Shown: piece by piece, positions 50,092 to 59,773 of the stretch
Numbering within the stretch: position 1 is the stretch's first letter
Layout of the letters: the number at the start of each line of letters is the position of its first letter
Assembly: GCA_937927685.1 (NCBI GenBank)
Contig: CALBSC010000038.1
Span: forward strand, 32,175 to 96,174
Source of the DNA: an uncultured Burkholderiales bacterium
GTDB lineage: Bacteria; Pseudomonadota; Gammaproteobacteria; Burkholderiales; Burkholderiaceae_C
Length of the DNA stretch: 64,000 bases
Direction of reading: 5' to 3'
Position numbers and translations under genes: made by a program
Notes under the pieces: model-generated
What the model was told of the DNA's origin: nothing
What the model saw: only the letters and a program-made list of their open reading frames with translations
Databases searched by the model: none

Positions 50092-51084
50092 TCAATCCAG
50101 CTTGATGCGCGACTCGTCAATCACCCGGCTATACCGGTTGTACTCCTGCTGGATGTGCGTCCCAAAAGCCTGCGGCCCCAGGAAGGCAGGGAACATGCCG
50201 CCGCCCACCAGTTTGCTGCGCACCTCGGCCTCGGCGAGACTCGCACGCAAATCCTCAGCAATTTTGTTCACGACATCGTGGGGGGTGCCCGCGGGTGCCG
50301 CCAATCCAAACCAGACCACCGCCTCGTAGTCCTTGACACCCTGCTCAATCACCGTGGGGAGTTGGGGCAGGCTATCCAGTCGCTCCCGGGTGGTGATCGC
50401 CAGGGGGCGCAGCTTGCCCGACTCCAGCATGGACGCCACCTCGTTGAGGTTGGTCAGCACCATGGTCACATGGTTGCCCAGCACGGCGTTGGCGGCCAAT
50501 CCGCCGCCCGTGAAGGCCGCGTAGGTGAAGTCGGTGCCCGTCTGGCGCTTCAAGGCTTCGCCGGCAATGTGCTGTGTCGTGGCAGGTCCCACCGTGGAAT
50601 AGGACAACACGCCGGGTCTGGATTTGGCATCGGTCAACAGTTCATTGAGGGTGCGATAGGAACTGGCGCTGTTGACGGCAATGATTTGCGGCGAATGCGC
50701 CAGTTGGGCCACCGGATCAAAAGCACGCAGACCGTCATACGGCAAGTTGGTGCGTAATTTCGCATTGATGGGCAGACTGTTGGCCACCACCAGCAAGGTG
50801 TAGCCGTCTGCAGGGGCCTTGGCCACCAGGGCCCCGGCAATCACCGTACCGCCCCCCGGGCGGTTGTCCACCACGATGGACTGCCCCCAACGCTTGGACA
50901 GGCTTTGGCTGATGACACGCACCAGGGTATCGGCGGAACCGCCGGCCGGAAACGGCACCACGATGCGCACGGGCTTGGAGGGAAACGCCTGGGCTTGCGC
51001 CTGCCCCCACCCCACAGCCAGCGCCAGGGCAGCACCCCCCATCCATTGCATCAAGCGGCCGAAGGAAGGCTGGGGCATGGTCAT
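50092..51084 (-). CDS. Bug/TctC family substrate-binding protein
   Basis: VPFPAGGSAD, VDNRPGGG, APADGYT, WFGLAAPAGTP. Confidence 0.92.
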   Translation of the reverse strand: MTMPQPSFGRLMQWMGGAALALAVGWGQAQAQAFPSKPVRIVVPFPAGGSADTLVRVISQSLSKRWGQSIVVDNRPGGGTVIAGALVAKAPADGYTLLVVANSLPINAKLRTNLPYDGLRAFDPVAQLAHSPQIIAVNSASSYRTLNELLTDAKSRPGVLSYSTVGPATTQHIAGEALKRQTGTDFTYAAFTGGGLAANAVLGNHVTMVLTNLNEVASMLESGKLRPLAITTRERLDSLPQLPTVIEQGVKDYEAVVWFGLAAPAGTPHDVVNKIAEDLRASLAEAEVRSKLVGGGMFPAFLGPQAFGTHIQQEYNRYSRVIDESRIKLD

Positions 51085-52502
51085 TTCTCCATTTGAGGTT
51101 GAATCAAGGGCGTCATGGCGGAAAAATCCGGCATGGCGCTGCTGGCGAAGCCCACCTGATCAAGGCTGGCGATCTCCAGTCGCCCATCACGAATGCGCAA
51201 CCGTGTGGCGCCGTGGCTGTGCTCGTACACATCCGGGTGGGCCTGCAAAAATGCCTGCTGCTCATGGGCAGGCCGACTGGCCATGCCATTCACATAATGG
51301 TGCCCGTTGCGCTCCACATGGGTGATGCCAAGGATATTGACCAAGGCCAGGTCCTGCTGCACCGACAAACCCGCCTGCACGGTGAGGTCCTCGCCCGACA
51401 TGAAATAGCGGTGAGTGCCTTCCTGGTTCCAGGCGGCACAGCGGCCTGCATTCAGGAGCGACCGGTACACCCCCTTGCAGGTCTTACTGGAGATGCCGCT
51501 GTAGCCGCATGCTCGGGCACGAACGAAGGCGTCGAGTTCGCCATCGGATTCGTCGATGATCACCGGCCAACCCAGATCCGTGTGGCGAAGGTCGGTGTTC
51601 AGTGCGTTTTGCCGGGTCACCGGTTGCTCAATGAAGAGAATGCTCGCATTGAGCCGTTGCAGCGCTGGCGTGGCGCGCATGGCTTGCAACAATTCCAGCA
51701 ATGCAGGCGCGTCGGGGTATTGCTCATTGCCGTCCAGCGATACCTGGTAGGGGTGCGGCAAGGTATCCAGCACCTCGGCAATGCGGGTCAACCGCTGGAC
51801 ATCGGCCTGCAACTGCCCCCCCACCTTGAGCTTGAAATAGTGGTGGCCGTAGTGTTGCACCACCTGCTCCAGCGATTCCGGCAGACCATCGCCCACGGGT
51901 TCGGTGAGCTCATCGGTTCGAATGGCATCGACCATGCCCACCGTGTGACGGGCATGCAGGTGCTCGGCCGGGTGAAGCGTGGCCAGAAAGTGGTTCCAGT
52001 CGATCCCCGCAAATTCGGCCATCGAGGCATCCAGACCGAAGAGGTTGGTCTGCACCGCCCGGTAAAAGGAGGTCTGTTGCAGGCGGCACAAGGCATCCAT
52101 CACGGCCCGGTCGACCAGGGCGGGTCCGTAGTTGGCGAGCAAGGGGTTATGTCCGCGCTTGGCGCACACCTTCAGATGGGCGTGATGGTGCCGCGCAAAG
52201 TGTCCAAACGCCGTGGTGGCACCGGGTTCCGAGAGATACGCTTGTCTGGCCAGGTGCAGGACATCACGCTCCTGGTTGAAGTTGTCTTCGTCGCTCAGGG
52301 ATGTATTCTTATCGAACCATTTGGGCACGATCATTTCCGCGCTGGCACCCCAGCTGGAATGACCGTCGGGGGTTTCAATGCGGACCCGGACCGTGGCCTG
52401 GTGACAGCGCCTCAGGGTCACCACGCCAAAGCGAAACGGCATGCGCAACACCACCGGGTGCTCCAGCAATTCCACCTCGGCAATCTTGAAGACGGGTCTC
52501 AT
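51081..52502 (-). CDS. Enolase superfamily (mandelate racemase-like) protein
   Basis: RMPFRFG, PKWFDK, FKLKVGG, LDGNEQ, FIEQP, IIDESD, SKTCKG, ERNGHHY. Confidence 0.82.
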   Translation of the reverse strand: MRPVFKIAEVELLEHPVVLRMPFRFGVVTLRRCHQATVRVRIETPDGHSSWGASAEMIVPKWFDKNTSLSDEDNFNQERDVLHLARQAYLSEPGATTAFGHFARHHHAHLKVCAKRGHNPLLANYGPALVDRAVMDALCRLQQTSFYRAVQTNLFGLDASMAEFAGIDWNHFLATLHPAEHLHARHTVGMVDAIRTDELTEPVGDGLPESLEQVVQHYGHHYFKLKVGGQLQADVQRLTRIAEVLDTLPHPYQVSLDGNEQYPDAPALLELLQAMRATPALQRLNASILFIEQPVTRQNALNTDLRHTDLGWPVIIDESDGELDAFVRARACGYSGISSKTCKGVYRSLLNAGRCAAWNQEGTHRYFMSGEDLTVQAGLSVQQDLALVNILGITHVERNGHHYVNGMASRPAHEQQAFLQAHPDVYEHSHGATRLRIRDGRLEIASLDQVGFASSAMPDFSAMTPLIQPQMEK

Positions 52503-53329
52503 GTCAGCGCTTCCAGCAAGCCACGCACATAGCCGACGGACCAGGCGGCACAACCCGGCCCATCGGGGACATAGACGAAGGGCTCCATGGCCACCACGCC
52601 GCTGTAGCCCTGGGACTGCAAGGCCTGCAGGATGGGCGCAAACCGCATGTCGCCCTGCCCGGGTGCACGGCGGTTGGGGTCATTGAGTTGCACATGGGCC
52701 AGAAGACCGGTGGGCATCCAACGCGCAATCAGGGTGGCGATGTCGTCCGGCTCGGCACGTCCGGCCGAACTGGTGTCCAGCATGGTCTTGAGCGCCGGAT
52801 GGCCCACGTCGCGTACCACCGCGGCGGCCTGCTCCAGGGTGTTGATCAGCGGGGTTTGGTCTGATGACAGGGGTTCAATGCAGTAGGTCACCCCACAGCG
52901 GCCCGCCGCTTCTGCCGCCAGCGCCCAGGCCTGCGTGGCGCGCTGCAGCGCATCCGCCGGTGATTGCCCGGGCCACAGCTGACGCTGCCCGGGCGAGCCA
53001 TGCACCAGATAGGTCCCGCCCACGTCGGCGCACACCTCGCACAGATGCTGCATCAGATCCACCGTGCGTTGCCACACCCCGGCATCCGGTGACGTGATGG
53101 ACAAGCCCTCCGGCTTCACCAGCAGCCAGTGCAGTCCGGTGATAGCCATGTCATGCTGCTGCGCCGTGGCACGCACAGCACGGGCTTGCGCTGGCGTCAT
53201 CGACTGCGGCGCATCGCACACGGTGAATGGGGCCAGCTCCAGCCCGTCATAGCCCAGTAGACGCGCCAGCACGCACTGCTGTTCGAACGGCAGGGGCGCC
53301 AGCACTTCGTTGCACAAAGCCAGTTTCAA
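52499..53329 (-). CDS. Sugar phosphate isomerase/epimerase (D-tagatose 3-epimerase/AP_endonuc_2 family)
   Basis: GYDGLELAP, CIEPL, MLDT, HVQLND, APGQG, MEPF. Confidence 0.88.
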   Translation of the reverse strand: MKLALCNEVLAPLPFEQQCVLARLLGYDGLELAPFTVCDAPQSMTPAQARAVRATAQQHDMAITGLHWLLVKPEGLSITSPDAGVWQRTVDLMQHLCEVCADVGGTYLVHGSPGQRQLWPGQSPADALQRATQAWALAAEAAGRCGVTYCIEPLSSDQTPLINTLEQAAAVVRDVGHPALKTMLDTSSAGRAEPDDIATLIARWMPTGLLAHVQLNDPNRRAPGQGDMRFAPILQALQSQGYSGVVAMEPFVYVPDGPGCAAWSVGYVRGLLEALT

Positions 53330-53339
53330 GGCATCGCTC

Positions 53340-54875
53340 CTATGCTGAAGACTTCTTGCTGAAGCTCAACCAACCCATGCTGACTCGCCACCAACGCGTC
53401 AGGCGCTGGTTGATGGCCGGCACATACATCAGCATGGTGATGACGGTGACCGCAGCCAGCATGGCGCAGATGGGTCGTGTGAAGAACGGCTCGAGGCTGC
53501 CGTCGGACAACACCAGGCCGCGTCGAAGACTTTTATCCAGCAATTCGCCGAGCACCAGTCCCAGCACGAAGGGGGCCATTTCATAGCCGCGGCGCTTGAG
53601 GAAGAAGGCACCGATACCGATGACCACCATGCAATACACATCAAACAGGCGCGAGGCAATGGCGAATGAGCCCACCGTGCACAGCACAAAGATGATGGGC
53701 ATGAGCACGGTGCGGCGGATGCGCAGCACATGCAGCAGGGGGCGCACCCCAAACAGGCCGAACAACAGAATGCTGAACGTGGCCATGGTGGTCATGGCCA
53801 CCACGTCATACACAAACTGCGGCGTCTTGATCATCAGCATGGGACCCGGCTGGATGCCGTGGATGATCATGGCCGCCATCAGCACGGCCGCTGGCGCAGA
53901 GCCCGGGATGCCCAGGGCCAGCGCGGGGATGATGCCCCCCGGAATGGCTGACATGTCGCCGGTTTCAGCGGCCATCAAGCCATCGATCGAGCCTTTGCCG
54001 AATTTCTCTTTTTCAGGGCTGACCGCTTTGGCCGCGGCGTAGGACATCCAGGCACCGGAATCTTCGCCAATGCCCGGCAGGATGCCGGTCACCACACCGA
54101 TCACGCCCGAGCGGATCACCGTGCGCCAGTACTGGAACACTTCCTTGAAGCGCGGCAGGATGGAGTCGCGCATCTGCACCAGGCTGCGTTCGACCGGATC
54201 AGACAAGGTGCTGAGCACTTCGGCAAAGCCGAAGGCGCCAATCAGCGCCGGGATCAGCGCGATACCCCCCGACAACTCGTCCCAGCCCCAGGTGAAGCGG
54301 TCGTAGGCGTACAGACCTTCCTGACCGATTTGGGCCACGAGCAAGCCCAGGCAACCCATGATCCAACCCTTGATGGGATCTTCGCCGACGATGCTGCCGG
54401 ACATGGCCACGCCAAAGAGGGCCAGCCAGAAAAACTCGAAGGCGCCGAAGGACAGCGCAATTTCAGCCAGTGCCGGTGTGAAGGCCGCCAGGCACAACAC
54501 CCCGAACAGGGTGCCGGTGAAGGCCCCCGAGGTGGCAATGCCAATGGCCCGGCCCGCCTGCCCTTGCAGAGCCAAGGCATAACCATCGGCACAGGAGGCC
54601 GCATTGGCCGCCGTGCCCGGGATGTTGAGCAAGATGGCACTGCGGCTGCCGCCATACAGCGTGCCCACGTAAGCACAAATCAGGATCAGGATGGCGTCGT
54701 TGGGCGCCATCTTGATGGTGAGCGTGGTCAGCAAGGCAATGCACAGCGTGGCGGACAAGCCCGGCATGCAGCCCACCAGAATGCCCAGAAATGCGCCGCC
54801 CAGTCCATACATCAGTGACGCAGGATTGAGAAAGCTGAGATAGGACTGTCCCAGCAAGGCCAAGCCGTCAAGCAT
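53340..54875 (-). CDS. tctA: Tripartite tricarboxylate transporter large permease TctA
   Basis: GCMPGL, YGGSRSAILLNIPGTAA, GILPGIG, LALGIPGS, GIQPGP; many TM helices. Confidence 0.93.
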   Translation of the reverse strand: MLDGLALLGQSYLSFLNPASLMYGLGGAFLGILVGCMPGLSATLCIALLTTLTIKMAPNDAILILICAYVGTLYGGSRSAILLNIPGTAANAASCADGYALALQGQAGRAIGIATSGAFTGTLFGVLCLAAFTPALAEIALSFGAFEFFWLALFGVAMSGSIVGEDPIKGWIMGCLGLLVAQIGQEGLYAYDRFTWGWDELSGGIALIPALIGAFGFAEVLSTLSDPVERSLVQMRDSILPRFKEVFQYWRTVIRSGVIGVVTGILPGIGEDSGAWMSYAAAKAVSPEKEKFGKGSIDGLMAAETGDMSAIPGGIIPALALGIPGSAPAAVLMAAMIIHGIQPGPMLMIKTPQFVYDVVAMTTMATFSILLFGLFGVRPLLHVLRIRRTVLMPIIFVLCTVGSFAIASRLFDVYCMVVIGIGAFFLKRRGYEMAPFVLGLVLGELLDKSLRRGLVLSDGSLEPFFTRPICAMLAAVTVITMLMYVPAINQRLTRWWRVSMGWLSFSKKSSA

Positions 54876-54893
54876 GTGCGGTTCTCTTTCTGT

Positions 54894-55463
54894 TCAAGGC
54901 AGGCGCACCAGGAAAAATTCCTGGAACACCAGGGTGATGACCCAACCGGCGATGACCCCAATCAGCAACGCCTTGATCAACACGCGGGGCACACTGAGTT
55001 CGGTCTTGGGATGCAACAACCCGATGGTCACCGTGAGGAAAATGGCCGCAGCTGCCCAAAAGGGCAGCCCCCGTCCGACCAGCCCACCGGTGAACCCCAC
55101 ACACAAGGCCAACACCAAGCCAATGCGCAGCTGGGCGCTGGACGACTGGGCCTCGGGGTCCGGGGGTGTGACGGCCACGGCTTCGCGCATCCGGCCCCAG
55201 GAACGCAACATCAGCAGGGCCCCGAAAAATATCAGGGCCACGCCCAGCAAACCCGGTAACAAACCGGGCACCGTGAAGGGGTTGGCGCCCTGGTTTTCCA
55301 GCCTGTCCATGCGCCAGGATTCAATGAGCGTTCCCCCGCCCAACAGCATCCAGAACACGGCATGGCGCATGTCCTGCCGGGGGGAGAACACCCTGGCCGG
55401 CGCATGCGGCAGCAGCGAGGCCTCCTCCCCCTGGAGCTCAGTCCCTGATGTGTGTTGCGTCAT
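54894..55463 (-). CDS. tctB: Tripartite tricarboxylate transporter small permease TctB
   Basis: Several TM helices, PGLLP, C-terminal VFQEFFLVRLP; lies between tctC and tctA. Confidence 0.88.
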   Translation of the reverse strand: MTQHTSGTELQGEEASLLPHAPARVFSPRQDMRHAVFWMLLGGGTLIESWRMDRLENQGANPFTVPGLLPGLLGVALIFFGALLMLRSWGRMREAVAVTPPDPEAQSSSAQLRIGLVLALCVGFTGGLVGRGLPFWAAAAIFLTVTIGLLHPKTELSVPRVLIKALLIGVIAGWVITLVFQEFFLVRLP

Positions 55464-55478
55464 GTCCTGCCCCCGGGA

Positions 55479-56486
55479 TCAAGGACGTGCCACACCTACC
55501 GTGTCAGGAGACACCTTGGCTTTGCCACTGTCAAACAGCAACCAGGCATTGGCCTGCACCGCCGGCATCACGGCCTGCGCGGCCTGGGTTCCCTGGTAAG
55601 GCGCGAACAAGGCACCCCGGCTGGTGGCATATTTTTTCAGCGCATCGCTCTTGCTGATCTGCTCCGTCCAGATTTTTTCCAGGGTCTTCACCACGTCATC
55701 CGGTACGCCGTTGGGCACAAAAATACCGAAGTGGTTGGCCGGCGCCTTGAAGCCTGGCAGCGTGATGCTCAAGGGCTCGATGGTGCCAAATCCTTCCAGG
55801 TCCAGGGCCTTGTCCGATACCGTGGCCAGCGGGCGGATCCGCTTGCCGCGGATCATGTCCGCTTGTTCCACCGCCAGTTGGGTGGTGACTTCGGTTTCAC
55901 CGGCCACCGTGGCGACCACCGCAGGGTTGCCTCCGTCGTAGGTCACATGGCGGTACTTCACCCCCGTGTTCTTGGCGATCAACTCCATGGCGTTGTGCCC
56001 GGCCGAGGTCACGCCTGCGGTCGCTACCGTCACCTGCCCTGGCTTGGCCTTCATGGCGTCCAGCAGATCCTTGGCGTTTTTGTAGGAGGTGTTGGGGTTC
56101 ACACCCACGACCTGCACGTTGGCCACGTTGAGGAACAGATGCCAGTCACTGATCCGGGTCTTGAGCATGCCCAGCGTTTCGTAACTGCCCAGATCCTGGG
56201 CGGCCCCTGCGGTCCAGGTGTACCCGTCCTTGGGGGCATCGAGTGCGCTCTTGGTGCCGATGGATCCCGATGCACCGGGCTGATTCACGATCACCACTTT
56301 CTGTCCCAGGGCCTTCTCCACCTCGGCGGCGGTGACCCGCGTGACCTGGTCGGTTGAACCACCCGCTGCCCAGGGCACGATGATGGTGATCGGCCGCGTG
56401 GGCTTCCAGTTCTGGGCTTGAACGCCGCCCAGAGAACCGATGCCCAACGCCAAGGCCAGCGCTTGAATGAGGTGTCGTTTTTGCAT
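55479..56486 (-). CDS. tctC: TctC/Bug substrate-binding protein of the TctABC system
   Basis: VPWAAGGSTD, VNQPGASG, PKDGYT, YDGGNPA; RBS AAGGAGA. Confidence 0.92.
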   Translation of the reverse strand: MQKRHLIQALALALGIGSLGGVQAQNWKPTRPITIIVPWAAGGSTDQVTRVTAAEVEKALGQKVVIVNQPGASGSIGTKSALDAPKDGYTWTAGAAQDLGSYETLGMLKTRISDWHLFLNVANVQVVGVNPNTSYKNAKDLLDAMKAKPGQVTVATAGVTSAGHNAMELIAKNTGVKYRHVTYDGGNPAVVATVAGETEVTTQLAVEQADMIRGKRIRPLATVSDKALDLEGFGTIEPLSITLPGFKAPANHFGIFVPNGVPDDVVKTLEKIWTEQISKSDALKKYATSRGALFAPYQGTQAAQAVMPAVQANAWLLFDSGKAKVSPDTVGVARP

Positions 56487-56573
56487 GTCAGTCTCCTTGT
56501 GTGTGAATCGTGATTGAAACTCGTGAAATGGGGTGTCGCCAAGGGGCATCCGGTTGGATGGACGCTGGGCAGG

Positions 56574-57632
56574 TCAATTCAGCCACCGTGCCAGGTGTTC
56601 CCGAACAAAGTTGTCGTCGGTCAATTCGGGATGATCGCGCGTGACCCGGTCAAGCGCCTCGGCCTGGCCCGGGCTCAAACCCTCTTGTGGATCCAGGCAC
56701 CAGATGCCGTCGAACAGGCCTTGTCGGCGCAATATTTCATGGCAGCCGGCGATGCACCCCGCGAAGTCATGGTCCACATCGAACAGCGCACTGTTGCAGT
56801 CCGTGACCGCCGCATCAAGTGCCAGCATGTCAGATGAAACGGTGGGCAAGGTCGCCGCATCCCGGCATTGCTGAAAAACGCGAACCGCCTGCTGCGTCCA
56901 GACACTCCAGTGACCCAGCAAGCCTCCGCGGACGCGAACCGTGACGGGCTGTCCCTGTCGCTGCACCACATACGGCGTGAGCAAATCCAGCACAATGTGG
57001 TCATCGTTGCCCGTGTAGAGGGTGATGCGATGCTCAGCCTGTGCCGCGACCACACCGCGCACCACATCCAGCGTGCGATAACGGTTGAACGGCGCCATCT
57101 TGATCGCCACCACCTGCTCGATTCGGGCAAAGGCTTCCCAGAACCCGGCATCCAGCACGCGCCCCCCCACGGCGGGCTGCAGGTAAAAACCCACCAGCGG
57201 AATCTCACTCGCCACCGAGCGGCAATGCGCCAACAACTCGTCGGTACTGGCCGAGCGCAAGGCCCCCAGACTGAGCAGTCCCGCGTCATACCCCAGGCTG
57301 CGTGCCAGACGGGCTTCGGCACACGCTTGCGCGGTGCCTCCGGCCAGGCCGGCCACCATGGCAATGGGTCGCTGCCCCCCCAAAGGCACCCAGTTGCGCG
57401 CGGTGTCCATGGCCAGCTCGAGCACACGGGGATACAACCCGCACTCGCGAATGGCAAATTGTGTGGAGTGAACCCCCACCGCCAGACCACCGGCACCCGC
57501 GTCCAGGTAGTAGCGGCTCAAGGCGCGCTGACGACGCTCATCGAGTTGGCGATTCGCGTCCAGCGCCAGCAAGTGCGCAGGGATCACGGCGCCTTGACGC
57601 AACACGTCGAGTGAGGTTTCAGTAGTGGCCAT
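56574..57632 (-). CDS. DHDPS/NAL family aldolase/dehydratase
   Basis: VIPAH, GVHSTQF, GFYLQP, AIKMAPF (Schiff-base Lys retained), YTGNDD. Confidence 0.85.
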   Translation of the reverse strand: MATTETSLDVLRQGAVIPAHLLALDANRQLDERRQRALSRYYLDAGAGGLAVGVHSTQFAIRECGLYPRVLELAMDTARNWVPLGGQRPIAMVAGLAGGTAQACAEARLARSLGYDAGLLSLGALRSASTDELLAHCRSVASEIPLVGFYLQPAVGGRVLDAGFWEAFARIEQVVAIKMAPFNRYRTLDVVRGVVAAQAEHRITLYTGNDDHIVLDLLTPYVVQRQGQPVTVRVRGGLLGHWSVWTQQAVRVFQQCRDAATLPTVSSDMLALDAAVTDCNSALFDVDHDFAGCIAGCHEILRRQGLFDGIWCLDPQEGLSPGQAEALDRVTRDHPELTDDNFVREHLARWLN

Positions 57633-58695
57633 CACGCACTTCAAAATGGGTCGGTTTGCCCAGGCTGCGGTGTCCCTGTGACACCCAGGCGGCGGTCCAG
57701 TCCAGCATCTGCGCCAAGGACACTTGCGGCGTGCCCCACCAGGCGTCCGCCTTGGCACAGTCCACCAGCCATGCCGTGGCCGCAGGCGCTCCGGTGAACG
57801 ACACCGCTCGATCCAGTCGTTGTCCCAGGCCCAGCGCCGCTTCGCGAATATCCACCATCGGGCCACTGAGGTTCAAGGCCGATGCTGGCGCCGTGCAGTG
57901 GGCCAAGGCCAGCAAGGCGCGCTCATTCGCCTCGCCCTGCCAGATCAGGTTGGCATGGCCCATCGCGAGCGGAACAGGCTGTCGGTTCCAGATGGTTTGT
58001 GCCAGGTCGTGCAACACCCCATAGCGCATGTCAATGGCATAGGACAAACGCAGCAAGCACCCCGGGGTTGCATGCAGATGCGAGAAGTGTTCAAACATGC
58101 GCTCGCGTGCCACACAGGAATTGGCGTATTCGCCCACAGGGGTGAGCGGCCAGGTCTCGGGCGCGCCCGGGCCGTCCACCGGGGCAAACGGGTACACACA
58201 TGCGGTGGAAAAAGCCACGATGCGTGAGCGGCGATAGCGCTCGGCCACCAGCGCCGGCACATGGGCGTTCATGGCCCAGGTCAACCACTCGCTGCCGGAT
58301 GAACCAAACTTGCGTCCCGCCATGAAGACCACCAGCGGCGCATCCGGCAAAGCGGCGACGGCGTCGGGTGACAACAAATCCGCTTCGAGGCATTCCACAC
58401 CACAGGACTCGAGCGAAGCGCGCAGACTCTGCTCACTGAATCGAGCCACCCCCATCACGCGCTTGTCCGGGGCTGCGCGCTTGGCCATGCGCGCCAGGGT
58501 CGGTCCCATCTTGCCACCCACGCCCAGAATGATCAAATCGCCGGGCAGTTGCCGCAGCGTGTTGATCAGCACGGTCGAGGGGCGCGACATCACCTCTTCC
58601 AGATCGGATTCGTCTGCAAAGGATGAAGGAAGTGAAGCGTTCACCGGACTGACCTGGTGGGTGACATCAGCACGGGCAGGCTCTGAGGCAAGCAC
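57619..58695 (-). CDS. NAD-dependent epimerase/dehydratase
   Basis: LGVGGKMGPTL, MAGRKFG, FSTACVY, EYANSC, YAIDMRYGVL; start uncertain. Confidence 0.88.
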   Translation of the reverse strand: MLASEPARADVTHQVSPVNASLPSSFADESDLEEVMSRPSTVLINTLRQLPGDLIILGVGGKMGPTLARMAKRAAPDKRVMGVARFSEQSLRASLESCGVECLEADLLSPDAVAALPDAPLVVFMAGRKFGSSGSEWLTWAMNAHVPALVAERYRRSRIVAFSTACVYPFAPVDGPGAPETWPLTPVGEYANSCVARERMFEHFSHLHATPGCLLRLSYAIDMRYGVLHDLAQTIWNRQPVPLAMGHANLIWQGEANERALLALAHCTAPASALNLSGPMVDIREAALGLGQRLDRAVSFTGAPAATAWLVDCAKADAWWGTPQVSLAQMLDWTAAWVSQGHRSLGKPTHFEVRDGHY

Positions 58696-58710
58696 ATAGG
58701 ACGTCTGGAC

Positions 58711-59103
58711 TCAGAAAAACTGGTTGGGCTTGAGAAAGAAGCCCAGGACCAGGGCGCCGTGGGGGGCATGCGCGGTGTGCCGACTGCCGGCAGGCCGCCA
58801 GACATAGTTACCAGCGGTGACTTCACCTTCATGGTCCACCAGACTGCCCTGGAGCACCCAACTCTGCTCGAGCTGGGTGTGCTCATGGTCGGTCAGGACC
58901 GCACCGGGCGCCATCTCCGTCAACACGGTGTGCAGGCCCGAGTCGGGATCTTCCATCAGCACCTTGATGCGAATGCCGGGAAACCGGGTGTCCTGCCAGG
59001 GCAGATCGTCCACCTGGACATAGCGGGAGGACAGCGAGGCCAGGGAAGCATGCAGGGCTTGCAGACCGGGGGTTTGGATGGACACGGGAACGTCCCCTTT
59101 CAT
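58711..59103 (-). CDS. ChrR-like cupin domain protein
   Basis: DDLPW, FPGI, HEHTQLEQSWVLQGSL, WRPAGSRH. Confidence 0.85.
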   Translation of the reverse strand: MKGDVPVSIQTPGLQALHASLASLSSRYVQVDDLPWQDTRFPGIRIKVLMEDPDSGLHTVLTEMAPGAVLTDHEHTQLEQSWVLQGSLVDHEGEVTAGNYVWRPAGSRHTAHAPHGALVLGFFLKPNQFF

Positions 59104-59123
59104 TCACAGAACCCGGTAGATCC

Positions 59124-59137
59124 TAACCAACTGGTTA
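59124..59137. promoter_or_regulatory. Palindrome TAACCA-ac-TGGTTA, candidate repressor operator for the sugar/TTT operon
   Basis: Perfect 6+6 inverted repeat about 20 bp upstream of the first gene of the 50-59 kb minus-strand operon. Confidence 0.5.
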
Positions 59138-59232
59138 CTTAATGCAAGTCCAGGAAAATCAGGGTTCACCCTGTAAGCGGTTCTTCCTACGCCGTGCTGA
59201 ACGGCATCACCGTGGCTGAGCCCGTCGGCGCG

Positions 59233-59772
59233 TCACGGCGCCTTGGCATCCACCAGGATAAACGCCACCCGCGCCGGCTTGCCCGAGCGGTTGGCCCAGG
59301 CGTGGTTCGTGCCCCGCTGAATCAGCACATCGCTGGCACGCAGCACGGTTTCATCCTTGTCCATGATGGCCACGATCTCGCCCTCCAGCACAATGGCGTA
59401 GTCCACCGTGGCCGTGCGGTGCATGCCCGGGTGTTGACCCGGTTGGGGGGCATGATGCGCGTCCCGGTACATGCTGCCGAACGTGGCCTCCAGCATGCGG
59501 GCGAGTGCTTGAGGATCCTGGGGCTCCGGGGGAAAGTCGATGATGCGCAGCACCGTGCCACCCGCCGGTGGCGAAACCCCCTGGTGTTGTGCGATCTGGT
59601 CCGGTGCACTCACTGACGAGGGGGTGGCTCCGGTACGCCACAAATTGCTGACCCGATAGCCGGGACGCTCAGGCACCACTCGGATGGCCGGAGAGGGGCC
59701 GTCCTGGATGATGGAGGACTGGCCCGAGGCGTCGTCACCCGTGAGCACGCGTCGAATGGGCGGGAGGTTCAT
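59233..59772 (-). CDS. Cupin domain protein (copy A)
   Basis: IRRVLTG, RIIDFPP, HPGMHRTATVDY, QRGTNHAWANRS. Confidence 0.9.
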   Translation of the reverse strand: MNLPPIRRVLTGDDASGQSSIIQDGPSPAIRVVPERPGYRVSNLWRTGATPSSVSAPDQIAQHQGVSPPAGGTVLRIIDFPPEPQDPQALARMLEATFGSMYRDAHHAPQPGQHPGMHRTATVDYAIVLEGEIVAIMDKDETVLRASDVLIQRGTNHAWANRSGKPARVAFILVDAKAP

Positions 59773-59773
59773 G

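Noticed and set aside
51093-52532. 479-aa plus-strand ORF
   Set aside because: Antisense mirror of the enolase-family gene.
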